Origin: Mobula hypostoma
Lineage: Eukaryota
Assembly (NCBI RefSeq): GCF_963921235.1
Contig: NC_086097.1
Location: 225,992,001 to 226,056,000 of the forward strand
DNA length: 64,000 nt
Reading direction: 5' to 3'
The notes beneath the pieces are model-generated. The model saw only the letters and a program-made list of their open reading frames with translations, did no database searches and was not told the origin of the DNA. Both the position numbers and the translations under genes were made by a program. Positions 47,760-59,883 of this stretch are shown here, piece by piece. The stretch's first letter is position 1. Each line of letters opens with the position of its first letter.

Positions 47760-48520
47760 CAGTCATGTCTCTTCCTTAACTATGCCCTATATGCGTCCCA
47801 TCTTCATACCTGCTGCCTTTATACCTTATCCTTCATACCTTACCCCTACATACCTTACTCTACCCCTACATACCTTACTCTACATGCCTAGCTCCTTGAT
47901 ACCTCGTCCCACATGCCTGCTCCCTTCATAAGTTCTGCCTTCATATTGGCCCCTTAATGCCTGAGACTTTCTTGCCTACCATTTTCATAACTACAATCAC
48001 TGTTGTCCCCTTCATATCAACCTTCCTTCTAGCTTGTTCAGTCATACCTGCTCCTTGCATACCTACACTCTTCATTCCTTCTACTTCCACTACATACCTC
48101 CCCCCTAATGTCTGATACTTTTTAAATCATATCCCTTTCATACTTTCGACTTCATAGTGGATCCCAACATAGTTGCCTCCATTCATGTCTGGCCTGATAT
48201 GTATTTGTCACTTCTATAACCATATCCTTCATGCATGCTTCATACCTACCTCATGGATATCTGTACCCTTCACAGCTGATATCTGGGCAACTAAAAAAGA
48301 ATAGTTGACAGGGAAATAAGTAGGGATAGGGGAAATGATGAGATTACTCTGAGAGCCGGCATGGACTGAACAGCTTCTATGTCAGCCATAAATATGAGAA
48401 AATCGGACTCCTTCATATTCTACTTTCATAAATAGGCCCATTCATAGTAGGCTACCCAATATATATTCTCACTATCTGCTCCTTTCAAGCCTTTCAGCCC
48501 CTCCATATCTGTCCCTTGAA
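47760..48520 (+). repeat. Degenerate pyrimidine-rich minisatellite, core CC(T/C)TCATACCT, about 15-20 bp period
   Basis: Recurring CTTCATACCT / CTACATACCT / CTTCATATCT units, including an exact TACCCCTACATACCTTACTC duplication. Further units at 49360-49420. Confidence 0.6.
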
Positions 48521-48539
48521 ACTTTCCTTCTCAAGGGTG

Positions 48540-49360
48540 GACTCCCTCACCTCTATCCCTCTGACCCTCAACACAGGTGCCTCTCAGGGCTGTGTCCTAA
48601 TCCCCTCCTTTACTCTCTGTATACCCATGACTGTGTCGACACCCACAGCTCCAATCTGCTAATTAAATTTGCTGACGATGCTACACTGATTGGCCTAATC
48701 TCAAATAATAATGAGGCATCCTACAGAGAAGAAGTCATCACCCTGACACAGTGTGTCAAGAAAATAACCTCTCACACCCTCTTCTGAGGATCACACATGG
48801 TCTGTACACACCAGCTGTGTGGAGAAAAGGGCACAACAGCGCCTCTTTCACCTCAGACAGTTGAAGAAGTTTGGTATGGGCCCCCAAATCCTAAGAAAAT
48901 TCTACAGGGACACAATTGAGAGCATCCTGATTGGATGCATTACTGCCTGGTATGGGAACTGTACATCCCTCAATCACAGGACTCTGCAGAGAGTGGTGTG
49001 GACAGCCCAGCGCATCTGTGGATGTGAACTTCCCACTATTCAGGACATTTACAAAGACAGGTGTGTAAAAAGGGCCCAAAGGATCACTGGGGACCTGAGC
49101 CACCCCAATCACAAACAGTTCCAGCTGCTACCATCCAGAAAGCATTACCGCAGCATAAAAACCAGGACCAACAGGCTCCAGGACAGTTTCTTCCACCAGG
49201 CCATCAGACTGATTAATTCATGCTGACACAACTGTATTTCTATGTTATATTGTTGTACATACTATTTATTATAAATTACAATAAATGGCACATTGCCCAT
49301 TTAGATGGAGACTTAAAAGAATTTTACTCCTCATGAATATGAAGGATGTAAATTCAATTC
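48540..49360 (+). mobile_element. Rex1/Babar LINE RT plus C-terminus (internally deleted)
   Basis: LTLNTGASQGCVL...LYSLYTHDCV...IKFADD; AQQRLFHLRQLKKF...RLQDSFFHQAIRLIN (48819..49226). Confidence 0.88.
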
Positions 49361-49422
49361 CACTGGCATGCCTGTCCTCATCATATCTTCTGCCTCCTTC
49401 AAACCTTCACTCTTCACACAGC

Positions 49423-49746
49423 AAAGTTCAAAGTTCAAAGTAATATTTGTTATCAGAGTACATATATGGCACTACATACAGCCCTGAGGTTCTTAATCTG
49501 CGGACATCCTTATCAAATATATAGACTAGTAGCTGTAAGCAGGATCTGAAAACTGTAAACATCAGGAACTGTAAAACTGTAAACAACTGTGCAAATGCAG
49601 ATAATAAATAAATAGTAATAAATAACGAGTATGAAATAACAAGATAAAACAGTCCTTAAATGAATGTAGTTATCCCCTTTCGTTCAAGAGCCTGATGGTT
49701 GAGGGGTAGTGATTGCTCTTGAACCTGGTGGTGCGAGTTCTGAGGC
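49423..49746 (-). mobile_element. Rex1-type 3' UTR fragment
   Basis: AAAGTTCAAAGTTCAAAGT tail; homologous to 44058-44460. Confidence 0.7.
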
Positions 49747-49749
49747 CAC

Positions 49750-52700
49750 ACCAGAATTGAATAGAGAGCTTAAGGCAAGTCATCATAATATTTTCGAATT
49801 CACCCTGAAATTTGAGAAGGAGAAGCTAAAGTCAGATGTATCAGTATTACCGTGCAGTAAAGGAAACTACAGAGGCATGAGAGAGGATTGTCCAGAATTG
49901 ATTAGAAAAGAACACTGGCAGGGTTGACAGCAGAGCAGCAGTGGCTGGGATTTCTGCAATTTGGAAGGCACAGGATATATACATCTCAAAGAGGAAGAAG
50001 AATTCTAAAAAATAAGATGACACAACCATGGCTAACAAGAGAAATCAAAGCCAACGTAAAAGCCAAAGAGAAGGCATATAATACAGCAAAAATTAGTGGG
50101 AAGTCAGAGGATTTGGAAACTTCTAAAAACCAACAGCTGACAACTAAAAAAGCCATTAAGAAAGTAAAGTTGGAACAATAGACAATAGGTACAGAAGTAG
50201 GCCATTTGGCCCTTCTAGCCAGCACCGCCATTCACTGTGATCATGGCTGATCATCCACAATCAGTATCCAGTTCCTACCTTATCCCCATAACCTTTGATT
50301 CCGCTATTTTTAAGAGCTCTAGCCATCTCTTTCTTGAAAGCATCCAGAGACTTGGCCTCCACAGCTTTCTGGGGCAGAGCATTCCATATATCCACCACTC
50401 TCTGGGTGAAAAAGTTTTTCCTCAACTCGGTTCTAAATAGCCTACCCCTTATTCTTAAACTGTGGCCTCTGGTTCTGGACTCACCCATCAGCGGGAACAT
50501 GCTTCCTGCCTCCAGCGTGTCCAATCCCTTAATAATCTTATATGTTTCAATAAGATCCCCTCTCAGCCTTCTAAATTCCAGAGTATACAAGCCCAGTCGC
50601 TACAATCTTTTGACATATGACAGTCCCGCCATTCTGGGAATTAACCTTGTGTACCTATGCTGCACTCCCTCAATAGCAAGAATGTCCTTCCTCAAATTTG
50701 GAGACCAAAACTGCACACAGTACTCCAGGTGTGGTCTCACCAGGGCCCTGTACAGCTGCAGAAGGACCTCTTTGCTCTTATGCTCAATTCCCCTTGTTAT
50801 GAAGGCCAGCATGCCATTAGCTTTCTTCACTGCCTGCTGTACTTGCATGCTTGCTTTCAGTGACTGATGTACAAGAACACCTAGATCTTTGTACTTCCCC
50901 TTTTCCTAACTTGACTCCATTTAGATGATAATCTGCCTTCCTGTTCTTACCACCAAAGTGGATAATCTCACATTTATCCACATTAAACAGCATCTGCCCA
51001 CTCACCCAGCCTGTCCAAATCACCCTGCATTCTCATAACATCCTCCTCACATTTCAGAGTGCCACCCAGCTTTGTGTCATCGGCAAATTTGCTAATGTTA
51101 CTTTTAATTCCCTCATCTAAATCATTAATATATATTGAAAACAGCTGCGGTCCCAGCACTGAACCCTGAGGTACCCCACTGGTCACCGCCTGCCATTCCG
51201 AAAGGGACCCGTTAATCGCTACTCTTTGTTTTCTGTCAGCCAGCCAATTTTCAATCCATGTCAGTACTCTGCCTCCAATACCATGTGCCCTAATTTTGCC
51301 CACTAATCTCCTATGTGGGACTTTATCAAAGGCTTTCTGAAAGTCCAGGTACACTACATCCACTGGCTCTCCCTTGTCCATTTTGATAGTTACATCCTCA
51401 AAAAATTCCAGAAGATTAGTCAAGCATGATTTCTCCTTTGTAAATCCATGCTGACTCAAAAGTAAAATTGCCAATAATAATAAAGAGCTTACCAAAAGCT
51501 TCTTCACATACATTTAGTGTAAAAGAGAGGCAAAAGTGAATAACAGGCCACTGGAAGATGATGCTGCAGAGGCAGTAATGGAGGACAGTTAAATTGTGGA
51601 AGAACTGAATAAGTACTTTGCATCAGTCTTCACTACGGAAGACACTGCAGTATGGCGGAAATTCCAGGTGTCAGGGGACATGAAGTGTATGAAGTTACCA
51701 TAACTAGAAAAAAGGTTCTTGGGAAACTAAAAGGTCTGAAGATAGATGAGTGACTTGGACCAGATGGTTATACACACCAGAGATCTGCAGGAAGTGACTG
51801 ATGAGATTGTGGATACATTAGTGATGCTCTTTCAAGAATCATTAGATTCTGGAATGGGTTCGGAAGACTGGAAAATTGCAAATGTCACTCCATACTTCAA
51901 GAAGGGCGAGAGGCAGAAGAAAGGAAACTATAGGCCAGTTAGTCTGACCTCAGTGGTTGGGAAGATGTTGGTCGATGATTAAGGATGAGGTCTCAGGGTA
52001 CTTGGAGGCACATGATAAAATAGGCTATAGTCAGCATGGCTTCCTCAAGGGAAAATCTTGCCTGACAAATCTATTAGAATTCTTTAAAGAAATAACAAGC
52101 AAGATAGATAGAGGAAGGAGAATCAGTTGATATTGTGTACTTGGATTTTCAGAAGGCCTTTAACAAGATGCCACACATGAGGCTGTTTAACAAGTTATGC
52201 ACCCATGGTATTACAGGAAAGATTCTAGCATGGATAAAGCACTGGCTGATTAGCGGGAGGCACAGAGTGGGAATAAAGGGAGCTTTTTCTGGTTGGCTGC
52301 TGCTGACTAGTGGTGTTCCACAGGGGTCCATGTGAGACCAATTCTTTTTATGTCATTTGTCAATGATTTGAATGATGGAGTTGATGGCTTTGTTGCAAAA
52401 TTTGCAGACGATATGAAGATAGGTGGAAGAGCAGGTAGTTTTGAGTAAGTAGAGATGCTACAGAAGAACTTAGACAGATCAGGAGAATAGACAATGAAAT
52501 GGCAGATGGAGTACAGTGTAGGGAAGTATATGGTCATGCACTTTGGTAGAAGAAATGAAAGGGTTGGCTATTTCCTAAATGGAGAGGAAATATATAAAAG
52601 CTGAGTTATAAAGGGACTTGGGAGTCCTTGTGCAGGATTCCCTCAAGGTTAATTTACAGGTTAAGTCTGTGGTGAGGAAGGAAAATGAAGTGTTAGTATT

Positions 52701-52946
52701 CATTTCAAGAGGACCAGAATATAAAAGCAATGATGTAATGCTGGGACTTTAAACCACTGTAAGGCCTCCCTTGGAGTAATGTGAGCAGTTGTCTTAGAGA
52801 GGATGTACTGAAACTGGAGGGGGTTCAAAGGAGGTTCACAAAAATGATTCCAGGATTGAATGGCTTGGCATATGAAGAGCGTTTTATGGCTCTGGGGTTG
52901 TATTCACTGGAATTCAGAAGAATGAGAGGCAACCTCATTGAAACCT
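49750..52946 (+). mobile_element. CR1 ORF2 (same subfamily as 4515-6383), split by an antisense CR1 and cut at the 3' end by a mariner derivative
   Basis: QPWLTREIK, GNYRPVSLTSVVGK, YLDFQKAFNK, GVPQGS, KFADD, YSLEFRRMRG. Confidence 0.88.
50175..51457 (-). mobile_element. Young 5'-truncated CR1 with (ATTGTCT)n tail
   Basis: SQHGFTKEKSCLTNLLEFFE...[10 protein letters not shown]...KFADDTK to C-terminus. 3' part near-identical (inverted) to 63305-63746. Confidence 0.92.
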
Positions 52947-53444
52947 CACTTAGTCCAACGGTTGTGGAGCATACAGACCTTGGACCTCCAGAATGTGCCC
53001 ACAGCAGGGGTGATTGATAAGTTTGTGGCCTACGGTAGAAGAAAATGAGTTATACAGCTCTCATTACATGCACATGCAGTTCAACTCTTTGAGTAATTAT
53101 GCAGCAAGTTTGAGGTTAATAACTCATCAGGGGTGATTGATAAGTTTGTGGCCTAAGGTAGGAGCTGAGTTATTAACTTCAAACTTTCTGTATAATCACT
53201 CAAAGCGTTGAACTGCATGTGCATGAAAAGAGAGCTGTATAACTCATCTTCTTCTGCCTTAAGCTACAGACTTATCAATCACCCCTGCTGTGGACACTTT
53301 CTGGAGTTCCAAGATCCGTATGCTCCACGACCGCTGGACTAAGTATGTAAATGTAGAAGGGGACTATGTTGAAAAATAAATGTGCTAAGTTTTCTAAAAT
53401 TGACCCCTTCTACATTAGGCCACAAACTTATCAATCACCCCTCA
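52947..53444. mobile_element. Mariner-derived fold-back element with four TIR copies
   Basis: TIR AGGGGTGATTGATAAGTTTGTGGCCTA forward at about 53006 and 53129, reverse at about 53260 and 53416. Transposase C-terminus IRMLHDRWTKYVNVEGDYVEK*. Terminal TA at 53445. Confidence 0.8.
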
Positions 53445-54242
53445 TATTTGTAGTTGGGGTGCCTAAGACGTTTTGCACAGTACTCTAGTAATTTTATGTA
53501 TTGCACTGTACCACAGCCATAAAAATAAAACAAAGTTCATGACATGTGTGAGTGATGATAAACCTGATTCTGATATGGGTCGCTCTTGTGGACTGAGAGT
53601 GGGAAGGGTGCAGGGAGATGGGAAAAAGAGAAAGGAGAGGAGAGGTACAGTAAGTACCATAGAGACAGTCTGTAATGATCAATAATCCAATTGTATAGAA
53701 TCAAATGACCTTGCCTGGGGTCTTAGGACTGGGTGTGTCTGCACCCCCACCACCCCTTGCGCCTGGCATTCCTTCTCTGCCACATCTCCCACAGCCCTCC
53801 TGTGATGCTTCATTCTTGCCATTCCTAACATCCTTTGCTCCCGCTAAATTTACAAACTCACTCTCCACACAATGTTGACAAATACAGTACTACAGTTTGA
53901 ATGATCTGCCCTTCGGTTTCAAAGATTTATGACACTCCATAAGAAGAAATTTATAAATATCTTGTCTTTAAAGACCACTCCTTTTTTTTAGAAACTATAT
54001 TCTCTCATCCAAGATCACCCCTCATTCTGATACACTCCCAAGAACATAGACCCAAAGTGTTTTGCCTTTGTAGGAGGAGATTACACAAGTGTTAGCTGGT
54101 TTGCTCCCAAGTTGTACTTAATCACAGAAGTGCAATGATCTCACTTGCATTCTGTCGAAATCTCTCATTTGATCTATCCTCCAATAATGTAGGAAAATTG
54201 TCAATATTTACAATCTCACACTCCACTCCATGCCGTCAAATC

Positions 54243-54307
54243 CAGTATTGTGCAGAGGTCTGAGGGACACTAGCCAAGTATGTGTCTAAGATTTTTGCTT
54301 AGTACTG
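54243..54307. mobile_element. Short Tc1-like MITE
   Basis: CAGTATTGTGCAGAGGTCTGAGG ... TCTAAGATTTTTGCTTAGTACTG imperfect TIRs; a related TIR at 53459-53485. Confidence 0.5.
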
Positions 54308-54659
54308 AATGTCATGGAACTTGATATTTTATGGTGCAAGACACATAAATTGACAATAAATTACAAGCACGAATAATGAGGTGGTATTCACGCTTTCATG
54401 GACCGTTCAGAAATCCAATGGTGGAGGGGAAGAAGCTGTTCTTAAAACTTCAGATGTTAGGCATCAGGCTCCTGTACCTCCTCCCTGGTTGGATTTTCAT
54501 TGTGACACTGATCAACATGAGGGTATTTTGGCTAGCTTAAAAGGTAGCTGTGAGATACCTTTAACAACAGGAATTCTGCAGATGCTGGAAATTCAAGCAA
54601 CACACATAAAAGTTGCTGGTGAACGCAGCAGGCCAGGCAGCATCTCTAGGAAGAGGTGA

Positions 54660-54695
54660 AGTCGACGTTTCAGGCCGAGACCCTTCGTCAGGACT
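54660..54695 (-). ncRNA. Minimal hammerhead ribozyme motif
   Basis: Reverse strand AGTC-CTGACGA-AGGGTCTCGGCCT-GAAAC-GTC-GACT. Confidence 0.75.
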
Positions 54696-55474
54696 AACTG
54701 AAGGAAGAGTGAATAAGGGATTTGAAAGTTGGAGGGGGAGGGGGAGATCCAAAATGATAGGAGAAGACAGGAGGGGGAGGGATGGAGCCAAGAGCTGGAC
54801 AGGTGATAGGCAAAAGGGATACGAGAGGATCATGGGACAGGAGATCCGGGACGAAAGACAAGGAGGGGGGACCCAGAGGATGGGCAACGGGTATATTCAG
54901 AGGGACAGAGGGAGAAAAAGGAGAGTGAGAGAAAGAATGTGTGTATAAAAATAAGTAACAGATGGGGTACGAGGGGGAGGTGGGGCATTAGCGGAAGTTA
55001 GAGAAGTCGATGTTCATGCCATCAGGTTGGAGGCTACCCAGACGGAATATAAGGTGTTGTTCCTCCAACCTGAGTGTGGCTTCATCTTTACAGTAGAGGA
55101 GTAGAGGAGGAACAACACCTTATATTCTGTCTGGGTAGCCTCCAACCTGATGGCATGAACATCGACTTCTCTAACTTCCGCTAATGCCCCACCTCCCCCT
55201 CGTACCCCATCTGTTACTTATTTTTATACACACATTCTTTCTCTCACTCTCCTTTTTCTCCCTCTGTCCCTCTGAATATACCCGTTGCCCATCCTCTGGG
55301 TCCCCCCGCCGTCTTTCTTCCCGGACCTCCTGTCCCATGATCCTCTCGTATCCCCTTTTGCCTATCACCTGTCCAGCTCTCGGCTCTATCCCTCCCCCTC
55401 CTGTCTTCTCCTATCATTTTGGATCTCCCCTCCCCCTCCAGCTTTCAAATCCCTTACTCACTCTTCCTTCAGTT

Positions 55475-55510
55475 AGTCCTGACGAAGGGTCTCGGCCTGA
55501 AACGTCGACT
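55475..55510 (+). ncRNA. Minimal hammerhead ribozyme motif
   Basis: AGTC-CTGACGA-AGGGTCTCGGCCT-GAAAC-GTC-GACT. Confidence 0.75.
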
Positions 55511-56599
55511 GCACCTCTTCCTAGAGATGCTGCCTGGCCTGCTGCGTTCACCAGCAACTTTGATGTGTGCTGTGAGATACCTTTACTACTTTGCAAGGGC
55601 AATAATGTTAACTGTGCCTCCTTCAATGGGACCTGCTCACATGAGAGCCAAAAGCAGTTGTAATGGGAAGTAGAATGGCACGTGGACCTGAAATTTGGGA
55701 GCACAGGTCACATAATTGCAAAAAAAAAAGATGTGTTATATGTGTTTTAGTGTTAAGTGTAAGGATTGCTTTCAAGTCAATATCCTGTTATTACTTTAAG
55801 AAACTATGTCATATGGTTAATAGTTGGAAAAATGTTTATGCTGTGCTTCAGGCATTTGACTTCTGTAATAAATATACATGATCCCCTGTGTAAAGTGAAT
55901 GGTATAACGCTCCACAATACAAGCAAAAAGAAAAGAATACAATACTCTGCAGTGGAGATAAGAATAGACTCCTACTCTGAAGATCTGCACTGTTAACGTA
56001 AAACTGGTTATTCTGTAATTTAAACTGGGGCCAAACAGAAGGGTAAATCCCTCAATGCTGATGTAGAATAAGCTTGTATAAAGGAGGCTCAAGGTGAAAT
56101 GGCAGAGCTGGCAGAAATGGGAAACATCAAAAACATCTGTACTTATGACAGAGTGAAAGAAACATTTTATGTTTGCCAAGAATGTTCTTTTTCAAAGTAA
56201 GTAACATTGTGGAAGTTACAGATGAAATCTCTGATGAACAACATACTCTGAACTATGAGCCTGAGAGAGCTGCACTATTAGAGATGCTCGCTCACCAGTG
56301 GGTTGCATGCAACACAGCTGAGATCCCATTTAATAAAGTGGTTCAGATATTGAATAGGGTTTTTACATAGCACAAGCAGAAAGATCTCAAAGCCACTGAC
56401 TTGGCAACATAATCAATTGGCAGATGAACGAATTATGATCATATTCTAAATTTGAGTGGCTTAGATAGACATTTACTTTTGTAACATTTCAAATGCCATG
56501 TTAACAACATGAATAACTTTACTTTCATCAATCACCTTCTCAAACAACTCTATCACCCGAAATCTGAATTAAGCTTTTCTGTGGACGATTGCTCCATAA

Positions 56600-57355
56600 A
56601 AAATCTTACTAACTATGTGTAATTAGGACATGGTTTTCCAAATGTGCATAAAACCTATCCCTAAGAATCCATTCCAGTAACTTCCCTACCTCTAGCATGA
56701 AACTCTTCAGTCTATATTTCCAGGATTAAACCAATTTCCCTTATTGAATAATAGAACAATACAATTCCTCTGGGATATTGCCTGTGGCTAGAGAGGACCC
56801 AAAAATATTGGCCAAGGCCCCAGCAATCTCATCTCTTGTCTCTCTCTATAACCTATAGTATATTCCATCCAGCCCTGCAACATATCCACCTTAATGTCCT
56901 TTAAGATACCTGACACCATCTCGTTGTTTAACTCAAAATGCCCCAGCAAATTAGAATGCTCCATATTGTTTTCCCACTCCTCCAATTCCCTCCCCTTGGT
57001 AAATATTGATGCAAAATACTTATTAAGTGCCTCATCCATATCCTCCACCTCCAAACACATGTTCCCTCCTTTATCCTTGAGTGGTCCTATTTGACTGCTA
57101 GTTATCCACTTGCTTTTAGTGTTTGTATAGAATGCCTTACAATTCTCCTTAGTCCAACTTGCTAGGGGCATTTCATGGCCCCTCCTAGCTTTCCTAAACC
57201 ACTTCTTGAGTTTTTTTCCTGTACTGTTTGATTTTAGCTTTCTTAACACTGCATAAGTTTACTTTTTCATTCACCAGCTCTCTTGACATCCAAGGCTCAC
57301 TTACCTTCCCATCCTTGCCCTTCCTTCTTACTGGAACATATCTGACCTAGGCTCT
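56600..57355 (-). mobile_element. Old CR1 ORF2 fragment
   Basis: KAFYTNTKSK...IGPLKDKGG...ALNKYFASIFT (56788..57249). Confidence 0.8.
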
Positions 57356-57752
57356 GTACATTTCAAAGCTATCAAACTACCACGGAAAAGGCAGCCAAAG
57401 CAAACTATAAATGACGACTGCATCAAGTGGGAGCTTCAAGTAGATTTCCAAAGGCATTGGAAGCATTCTCACCAGTTTTCATGCCCAGTGCATGGAGAAG
57501 GTCCAGATGATGACCATAGCTTAAAGTTTCACGATTGAATTGTCTCAATGCATCCTTAGCATGCCAGGACTGCAGGCATCCTAGTCATCTCATGCAGTTG
57601 TTGCTGATGCCAGTTCAGCTCATTCAAAGGAAGCACATTGATTTTCTTTTCCAACTAAGACTACATCATTTCCTTTTTCTTGTGGGTAACCACCCAAAGG
57701 AAATCAGGTGTTGTCAAAGTGATCCTCTGTAAAGCAGACCATTGAGAAATTA

Positions 57753-58437
57753 CGTAAACACGAGGAATTCTGCAGATGTTGGAAATTCAAGCAACACACA
57801 TCGAAGCTGCTGGTGAACGCAGCAGGCCAGGCAGCATCTCTGGGAAGAGGTACAGTCGACATTTCGGGCGAGACCCTTCGTCAGGACTAACTGAAGGAAG
57901 AGCCAGTAAGAGATTTGAAAGTGGGAGGGGGAGATCCAAAATGATAGGAGAAGACAGGAGGGGGAGGAACAACACCTTATATTCCGTCTGGGTAGCCTCC
58001 AACCTGATGGCATGAACATTGACTTCTCTAACTTCCGCTAATTCCCCACCTCCCCCTCGTTCCCCATCCGTTATTTATTTATATACACACATTCTTTCTC
58101 TCTCTCCCCTTTTTCTCCCTCTGTCCCTCTGACTATACCCCTTGCCCATCCTCTGGATTCGCCCCCCTCCCCCTTTTCCTTCTCCCTAGGCCTCCTGTCC
58201 CATGATCCTCTCATATCTCTTTAGCCAATCACCTGTCCAGCTCTTGGCTCCATCCCTCCCCCTCCTGTCTTCTCCTATCATTTTGGATCTCCCCCTCCCC
58301 CTCCCACTTTCAAATCTCTTACTAGCTCTTCCTTCAGTTAGTCCTGACGAAGGGTCTCGGCCCGAAACGTTGACTGTACCGCTTCCTAGAGATGCTGCCT
58401 GGCCTGCTGCATTCACCAGCAGCTTTGATGTGTGTTG
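57753..58437. mobile_element. Second inverted two-arm PLE insertion with hammerhead motifs at 57854-57888 (-) and 58340-58375 (+)
   Basis: 13-bp TSD CATTGAGAAATTA (57740-57752 / 58438-58450). Reverse arm 57753-57967; forward arm starts GGAGGAACAACACC at about 57963. Confidence 0.9.
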
Positions 58438-58739
58438 CATTGAGAAATTATTGTTAGTTTGACCTGTCAGAATAATTGACGTTTGGCATGGTCGAAGCTT
58501 TAACTGTTACCGTGGCAAGTTCAGTGCACATCCATGACCTCGGTGCAGATTGTTATCTATTAACCACTTTCCAGGCATAAGGCTGAATAGTCATTCTATG
58601 CAAAACAGGAAATGTTAAATAACAATTGTTGAATAATAGAATCATTTAACTTGTGGATTACAGCTTTGGTCCTTCTCATGATCAGGAAAGCAATTCACTA
58701 ATTGACCAGGAACTTATTCAAGTCACTATGTCACCTGGT

Positions 58740-59632
58740 TAGAACATAGGAACATAGAAAACCTACAGCACAATATAGGCCCTTCAGCCCACAAAGCTGT
58801 GCCAAACATGTCCTTACCTTAAAATTACCTAGGGTTGCCCATAGCCCTCTATTTTTCTGAGCTCCATGTAGTCTCTTAAAAGACCCTATCGTAGCCAGCT
58901 CCACCACCTTCGCTGGCAACCCATTCCATGCACTCACCACTCTCTGCGTATAAAACTTACCCCTGACATCTCCTCTGTACCTACTTCCAAGCACCTTAAA
59001 GCTATGCCCTCTCGTGCTAGCCATTTCAGCCCTGTCTGATAGCTTCTGACTATCCACATGATCAATGCCTCTCATCATCTTATTCACTTCTATCAGGTCA
59101 CCTCTCATCCTCCGTCGCTCCAAGGAAAAAAAGCTGAGTTCGCTCAACCTATTCTCATAAGGCATGCTCCCCAATCCAGGCAACATCCTTGTAAATCTCC
59201 TCTGCAGCCTTTATATGGTTTCCACATCCTTCCTGTAGTGAGGCAACTAGAACTGAGCACAGTACTCCAAGTGGGATCTGACCAGGATCCTATGTAGCTG
59301 CAACATTACCTCTCGGCTCCTAAACTCAATCCCACGATTGGTGAAGGCCAATGCACCGTATGCTTTCTTAACCACAGCGTCAACCTGCTCATCAGCTTTG
59401 AGTGTCCTATCGACTTGAACGCCAAGATCACTCTGATCCTCCACACTGCCAAGAGTCTTACCATTAATAAGACTCTGCCATCATATTTGACCTACCAGAA
59501 TGAATCACCTCACACTTATCTGGGTTGAACTCCATCTGCCACTCCTCAGCCCAGTTTTGCATCCTATCAATGTCCCGCTGTAACCTCTGACAGCCCTCCA
59601 CACTATCCACAACACCCCCAACATTTGTGTCA
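58740..59632 (-). mobile_element. CR1 3' fragment
   Basis: EDQSDLGVQV...RSHLEYCAQF, FYTQRVVSAWNGLP; (AACATAG)n tail. Confidence 0.88.
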
Positions 59633-59883
59633 TGCCCCAACCTTTGTGGTTAGTAATATTGACTTCTAATTGGGTAACAACTACTGCAATAAACGGATAA
59701 CTTTTCTTCCTAGTATTACTGGGCCAAGAACATTGTGAAATACTTGCACACAAGTACAAGAATATCCCAATGCATTGGAATAGTACCCAGGGATTCATAC
59801 AACCTTACTTCAACTATTCATCTTGCAGTAAGAAAGGATATCCTACACAAGTTTGAAAAGGCAAGTAAAATATAGCACATTTT

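Larger units (their letters stand above)
54564..55568. mobile_element. Penelope-like element insertion forming a ~465-bp-arm inverted repeat
   Basis: 17-bp TSD GCTGTGAGATACCTTTA (54547-54563 / 55569-55585). Arms 54601-55066 and 55106-55569. GIY-YIG C-terminus EEQHLIFCLGSLQPDGMNIDFSNFR* at 55107-55184. Confidence 0.92.

Noticed and set aside
50295..50867. 190-aa plus-strand ORF (similarly 11017..11505 and 22084..22521)
   Set aside because: Antisense shadows of CR1 coding sequence.
56083..56196. Possible exon ending at AA|GTAAGT (EMAELAEMGNIKNICTY...)
   Set aside because: No polypyrimidine acceptor upstream, in-frame stop just before it, and no recognisable homology.
54561..58462. Repeated small proteins ...SPDEGSRPETST...RDAAWPAAF as a gene family
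   Set aside because: They are translations of the non-coding PLE 3' region; the conserved PDEG..PET peptide simply reflects the hammerhead nucleotides.
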